From assembly GCA_046726415.1 (NCBI GenBank), contig JBKPAK010000343.1, positions 1-20,798 of the forward strand: a DNA stretch of 20,798 nt, read 5' to 3'. This DNA is from Candidatus Methylomirabilota bacterium (GTDB lineage: Bacteria > Methylomirabilota > Methylomirabilia > Rokubacteriales > CSP1-6). Both the position numbers and the translations under genes were made by a program. This document shows positions 16,874 through 20,798 of this stretch, one piece after another; positions within the stretch are counted from its first letter, which is position 1; each line of letters begins with the position of its first letter. A model generated the notes under the pieces. It saw only the letters and a list, made by a program, of their open reading frames with translations. It was not told the DNA's origin and did no database searches.

Positions 16874-17407
16874 ATGTGGACGATTCTGGGTACCGTGATC
16901 GGGTTCACCGTCTTCGCTCTCTACGCGGGTCTCTTCGAGTACGTGTTCCATCGGTGGGTGCTGCATCGGCCATCTCGCGCGCTCGCGTTCCCCTATCGGA
17001 TGCACACGGCAGTGCATCACCATGTGTTCGGCGCCGGCAAGACCTATCAGGTCCAGCGCCCGGAGGACCATGGTCTGATCCTGTTCGAGTGGTGGCAGCC
17101 GGTCTTGTTGCTTGCTGGGCACGCACCGCTGGTGTGGGGGCTGCAAGTCGCGACCGGCCTTCTGGTCTTCGGAGGAGCAATGGCGGCGCTCGCCGGGTAC
17201 TACGGGCTCTACGAGTACGGGCACTGGTGCATGCATAACCCCGGAGGCCGGCTGATCGAGCGGACGCGGGTGTTTCGCTTTCTCGACGCTCACCATCGCC
17301 TGCACCACGAAGTGTGGGGGGTGAACTTCAATGTGGTGCTGCCTATCGGTGATCTCGTCTTCGCGACCCTTCGGCCGTCGAGATCAGCGAATCGCGCCGC
17401 ACGATAG
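16874..17407 (+). CDS. Fatty acid hydroxylase/sterol desaturase superfamily membrane di-metal enzyme
   Basis: His boxes EYVFHRWVLH, HTAVHHH, YEYGHWCMH and HHRLHH, followed by NFNVVLPIGDLVFATL; hydrophobic segments. Confidence 0.85.
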   Translation: MWTILGTVIGFTVFALYAGLFEYVFHRWVLHRPSRALAFPYRMHTAVHHHVFGAGKTYQVQRPEDHGLILFEWWQPVLLLAGHAPLVWGLQVATGLLVFGGAMAALAGYYGLYEYGHWCMHNPGGRLIERTRVFRFLDAHHRLHHEVWGVNFNVVLPIGDLVFATLRPSRSANRAAR

Positions 17408-17498
17408 AATCAGGCGCAACGCGAACGGTCGCTAGAGCGGGCGGTAGGGTCCGCTCGCGCGCCCGATTGATGCTATCCCGGTGAGGGAGGTCTTCCCC

Positions 17499-17933
17499 AT
17501 GAAGGTCGAGTCGATCCTCAGAGCCAAGGGCTCGAGCGTCACCACGACGACGCCCGACGCGACTATCGCGACTATCGTCCGGATCCTGAAAGACAAGAAC
17601 ATCGGCGCGCTGGTCGTGAGCGAGGACAGCAGCACCGTGCTAGGCCTCATCGCCGAGCGGGACATCGTCCACGGCCTCTGCCATTACGGCGCCCGGGTGC
17701 TAGACCTGCGCGTCTCCGACCTCATGACTCGGACGGTCATCACCTGCGCGCCGGACGACAGCCTCACCCGGGTCATGGCCCAGATGACCCGCTACCGCGT
17801 CCGCCAGCTGCCTGTGGTCGAGGCTGGCAAGCTCCAGGGCGTCGTCAGCATTGGCGACGTGGTGAAGTACCGCCTGGACGAACTCGAGGCGGAGGCGAAC
17901 ATCCTGCGCGACGCCTTCCTCGCGCGGCACTGA
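17499..17933 (+). CDS. CBS domain pair protein
   Basis: GGAGG then ATG at 17499. MKVESILRAKG, NIGALVV, GLIAERDIV, VRQLPVV and GVVSIGDVVK. Confidence 0.92.
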   Translation: MKVESILRAKGSSVTTTTPDATIATIVRILKDKNIGALVVSEDSSTVLGLIAERDIVHGLCHYGARVLDLRVSDLMTRTVITCAPDDSLTRVMAQMTRYRVRQLPVVEAGKLQGVVSIGDVVKYRLDELEAEANILRDAFLARH

Positions 17934-17937
17934 CGCG

Positions 17938-17969
17938 CGGGGTCGGGCAGGTAAAGCGCGCTGACCCCG
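17938..17969 (+). terminator. Hairpin downstream of the CBS gene (possible terminator, no U-tract)
   Basis: CGGGGTCGG...CTGACCCCG stem directly after the stop codon. Confidence 0.3.
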
Positions 17970-18609
17970 TCAGCTGGGTCGGGCGATCACCGTCAGCGGC
18001 GTCAGGTGCTCGAGTGTCTCATGTTCAGCGAACCCATTCCCGGGCGCCAGCGGCTTGGGCAGGGGGCTTTCCGGCTGCTGATTGCACCGGCATGAAGAGC
18101 CGGGGCAGCACGTGAAGCGCCCCCCCGGCAAGCCTCTTGATTACGGTTAGCCTCTGAACGTGGCGCCCACCGCGCGGGCACCGGCCCAGTAGTTGTGCTG
18201 CACGACGACGCGGGGCCGCCAGACCTTGTATGCGCACGCGACGTCGGGGTACGGGGGAACCTTGGGACGGCGAAAAGGCGTAGGGGCTCAGATCGCGAAT
18301 GAGAAGCGTCGTCTCGCCCTCTGCCCGTGTCGGTTGATGCTCGCGCTACACGATGACCATTTCCTGCCCAAGTGCTCGAGATACTGGGCAGCCAAGCACT
18401 TCGACTAGAGTGGCCCGGGGCGGGGAAAGGGAGTTCCCCACCACGCAGTGATCCGCGCCTGAAGCGAAGATGCCCGTGCCGCGCCCGTTTCGGTTCGGTG
18501 TGGTGTGCCGGCGCCACCCGCACCATCCGCCGGAACGCGGGCCTGAGGGGCGGGTCTTCATCGTCATCGCCTCGGTCTGCTCCCTCCGAGCATCATGAAG
18601 ACCAAGGAC

Positions 18610-18734
18610 AGTATCGGTGCGGCTTGGTATAGAACCTCATTCCCATCTCCTCCTCCCTCCCGGTGGGAGGGTGGTTGTTTGGCCGCACTCACCGTACCCC
18701 GCCGGGTGGTGAGGAGGAGGCCTGGATGAGAGTC
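18610..18734 (-). mobile_element. IS110/IS1111-family left-end remnant (5' non-coding region plus the first ~10 transposase codons)
   Basis: GGAGGAG SD then ATG at 18640 encoding MRFYTKPHRY, matching the recalled N-terminus MRFYTxxHxxYCGIDLH of one IS110 branch; homology then breaks. The upstream region is strongly palindromic. Confidence 0.7.
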
Positions 18735-18750
18735 AACGCGCTGCAGCCGG
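18735..18750 (+). other. attC-like left-half remnant adjoining the IS end
   Basis: aacgcgctgcagccg resembles the spacer plus L'' box that follows RYYYAAC in many attC sites. There is no complete attC. Confidence 0.4.
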
Positions 18751-18761
18751 CGCGAACCGTC

Positions 18762-19311
18762 CTACAGTGCGATCCGCCTCTCGCGGAGCACGCCTACGTC
18801 GTTCGCGGGGTCTCCGTGGTCCACGTGGTGGGCCGGTCTGAGGGTGCCGAGGCCAGTTCGGAAACGCGTCCACGGTCCTCCCCACCGTGTCGCTGGGTCT
18901 GTCGCAAGATATAGGCGGTCGCGACGCGAGCCGGATCGGGTTGTGGCGAAGGACAGGTCGTTTGACGGCAGGAGCACTGACCACGGGTAAGCCTCGGCGA
19001 TCTTAGCCTCGGCCGTAGCGATCTGATCTGCGATCGCCCACCTCCACGTGGCGTACCCACCGTATAGAAGTGCTACGAACGCCGCGAGAGCCGAGACCAG
19101 AATCCCGAGAACTATCAACAGAATTGGCGCCCCAAGGCGCTGTCAGCTTGCCAGTCGCATGGAGGCTGAGGATGCCCGCGGAGAACCCCAGTAGCCACGT
19201 GGTGATCTGGACCATTCGATCCTTGTCGGCTCGGCCGACCGAGGCATGGTACTTCCAGACATCGAAGGCCAGTGCCTGATCCCTCCGGGTTGGACTGGCA
19301 GCGTGTTCCAT
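18762..19311 (-). pseudogene. Hypothetical membrane protein with one frameshift, gene-cassette-like
   Basis: GAGGAG SD then ATG at 19311 (MEHAASPTRRDQALAFDVWKY...TWLLGFSAGIL...PWGA). The frame shifts at about 19126 into ILLIVLGILVSALAAFVALLYGGYATWRW. Visibly less GC-rich than its neighbours and preceded by GTTAGAC. Confidence 0.65.
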
Positions 19312-19331
19312 GGGTGGCTCCTCGTACCTGT

Positions 19332-19838
19332 CTAACGCGGTGCCGAGGGTGGCGCAGTCGAGGGCGGGACGACCGTCATCCAGCCCCTCGGACACTCTCG
19401 GACGTAGGGATAGTACGCGCTGGAGTCCTGGCAGTAGTACCAGTACTGGGGAGCGGGCGCCTGTGGCGCCGGAGCCTGGTATGGCGCTCCCGGAGGGGCC
19501 TGCTCGATGTACACCGGAGGAGCCTGCGGCACGACCACTGTCGACGCATACGGGTAGGGATAGTAGCCGTACCCGTAGGGATAGCCGTACCACCCTGGTC
19601 CCCACCAGCCTGGCCCCCACCATCCGGGGCCCCACCAAACCCTGCCGCCCCAGCCCCAACGGGGGCCACCCCAACCATGCCCGCGCCAGTTCCCGCCGTG
19701 ACCACGCCAGTTCCCGCCGCCACCACCTCCGCGTCCCCCGGACCATTGAGGGCCCGACCGTGCAGCAGCAGGCTCACTGAAGCCCCCGATGAGCACGGCG
19801 GCGGCTGCAATGAGAAGCGCGCACGTGACCTTCCTCAT
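19332..19838 (-). CDS. Exported Gly/Trp- and Pro/Tyr-rich hypothetical protein
   Basis: Signal peptide; repeats GGNWRGH x2 and WWGPG x3; Pro/Tyr tract; C-terminal WYYCQDSSAYYPYVRECPRGWMTVVP. Confidence 0.82.
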   Translation of the reverse strand: MRKVTCALLIAAAAVLIGGFSEPAAARSGPQWSGGRGGGGGGNWRGHGGNWRGHGWGGPRWGWGGRVWWGPGWWGPGWWGPGWYGYPYGYGYYPYPYASTVVVPQAPPVYIEQAPPGAPYQAPAPQAPAPQYWYYCQDSSAYYPYVRECPRGWMTVVPPSTAPPSAPR

Positions 19839-20013
19839 CCTCCTATCTTGCCCCCTGAGACGAGTAGCCTCACAGCCAAAACTGTACTCCCGTTGACCGA
19901 TGAAGGGGTACGGTCGTTATCGGGGCAATCTAGATTCAGGACCGACGCTCAGACCGGCGAACACCTTCCCGGCCTTGATCGGATCGGCAGCATCGGGGCT
20001 GGGACTGCCCGTC

Positions 20014-20400
20014 TCACTTCCTCGGATCAATGCTCTCCGGCCAGTAGTGGTAGGTGATGGCGAACCCTTCACGTTGCGGGACGGTGAAGCCTACTCCGTC
20101 GTCCATCGCCGTCACGGTGTACCCGGCTCGCTGCAAAGCTGCGGCCTGTTCACCCTTGAGCCCTTCGATGGCCGCCCGTCGTCCCAACTCACACTCCGTC
20201 CGGTCAGCGGCCGGTCGCACCCGTGCCCAGGCCGTCCGCACCTGTGGCTCAGGCCCCTTTGAGAGATCGACGTTGTCGGTTCGACTCCACAAGACCCACA
20301 CCCCGCTCGTCGGGGCGCTCTCGGTCTTGGGTGGGGCCATCGGCCGAGCGCTGCTCGTGACGGCGGCAGGCCGGGCCGCCCTGGAGACCCTGAGGCAGGA
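20014..20400 (-). CDS. Hypothetical protein of the WVLW...P-x-S/T-x-DPR type, N-terminus probably disrupted by the adjacent IS fragment
   Basis: GVWVLWSRT...ECE...YHYWPESIDPRK. Start unclear (possible ATG at 20340). Confidence 0.55.
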   Translation of the reverse strand, partial: SCLRVSRAARPAAVTSSARPMAPPKTESAPTSGVWVLWSRTDNVDLSKGPEPQVRTAWARVRPAADRTECELGRRAAIEGLKGEQAAALQRAGYTVTAMDDGVGFTVPQREGFAITYHYWPESIDPRK

Positions 20401-20407
20401 GTGGGGC

Positions 20408-20798
20408 TCCACGATCCTGGCCGAGGTCGGCCCCACTGCCGCGACCTTTCCGTCCGCGGGCCAGCTCGCGGCCTGGGGGGGCGCCTGCCCCGGCGAGAAC
20501 GAGAGCGCGGAGGTGAACTACCGTCACCGGTCCCCGAAGGGCAACCGTCAGATGCGGCGCCTGCTCAACCAGGCGGCCCACGCCGCGGGGAAATCGAAAG
20601 GGACGATCTTCGAGATCCTCTATCGCCGCTATGTCCCGCGGCTCGGGCACCCCCAAAGATCGGCGTGATTGCCCACCGGCTGTGCCGCCTGATCTGGAAG
20701 ATCCGGCATCAGGGCGTCCGGTACGAGGAACGAGGCCCAGCCCTGAGCCAAAAGTCCAAGCGACACCGGACGGCCAGAATGATCCGCGCACTCCGAAG
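20408..20798 (+). mobile_element. IS110 family transposase C-terminal fragment (Transposase_20 domain), frameshifted, running off the window
   Basis: ILAEVGPTAATFPSAGQLAAWGGACPGENESA...SPKGNRQMRRLLNQAAHAA...RRYVPRLGH. A frameshift at about 20655 leads to IGVIAHRLCRLIWKIRHQGVRYEERG. No DEDD N-terminal domain upstream. Confidence 0.88.

Noticed and set aside
17455..17480. FNR box (TTGAT) or sigma54 motif upstream of the CBS gene
   Set aside because: Only a half FNR site is present, and the -24 position reads CG rather than GG.
18140..18290. GTTAGCC as an attC end, and a short minus-strand peptide (AYKVWRPRVVVQHNYWAG)
   Set aside because: No matching attC arms and no recognisable family or start.
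18365..18401. Interleaved stems TGCCCA/TGGGCA and AGTGCT/AGCACT resembling a pseudoknot or riboswitch
   Set aside because: The loop lengths do not fit an H-type pseudoknot, I recognise no aptamer, and the stems are short enough to be chance.
19590..19730. Short direct repeats that could suggest a CRISPR array
   Set aside because: They are codon-level repeats of the Gly/Trp-rich protein, with no spacers or cas genes.
20054..20407. N-terminal part of the 204-aa ORF as part of the IS110 transposase
   Set aside because: It has no DEDD motifs and is the antisense of the minus-strand hypothetical gene.

Overview
High-GC bacterial DNA. The gene families and repeat style suggest Candidatus Rokubacteria/Methylomirabilota, which is inference only. 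The left ~13 kb is a mostly intact catabolic cluster. It holds an AfuABC-type ABC transporter whose binding protein carries sugar-phosphate rather than iron signatures, iolE and iolD, a divergent Gfo/Idh/MocA dehydrogenase, a broken VOC gene, a UgpAEB-like transporter with no ATPase, and a GpdQ/CpdA-type phosphodiesterase; a secreted class C acid phosphatase lies nearby. Together these suggest scavenging of inositol phosphates or glycerophosphoinositol. The right ~7.5 kb is a decaying accessory region. It contains a DUF58 pseudogene with an internal ~125-bp inversion fused to a cyclase/TPR-type fragment, a truncated Crp/Fnr gene ending in a CRP box, and small intact genes (His-rich exported protein, fatty-acid-hydroxylase family, CBS, Gly/Pro-rich). 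It also has an IS110 left-end remnant abutting an attC-like half site, a frameshifted cassette-like ORF and an IS110 C-terminal fragment. Two copies of a ~75-bp palindromic REP/MITE-like repeat are present; one appears to sit between a Shine-Dalgarno and its ATG.
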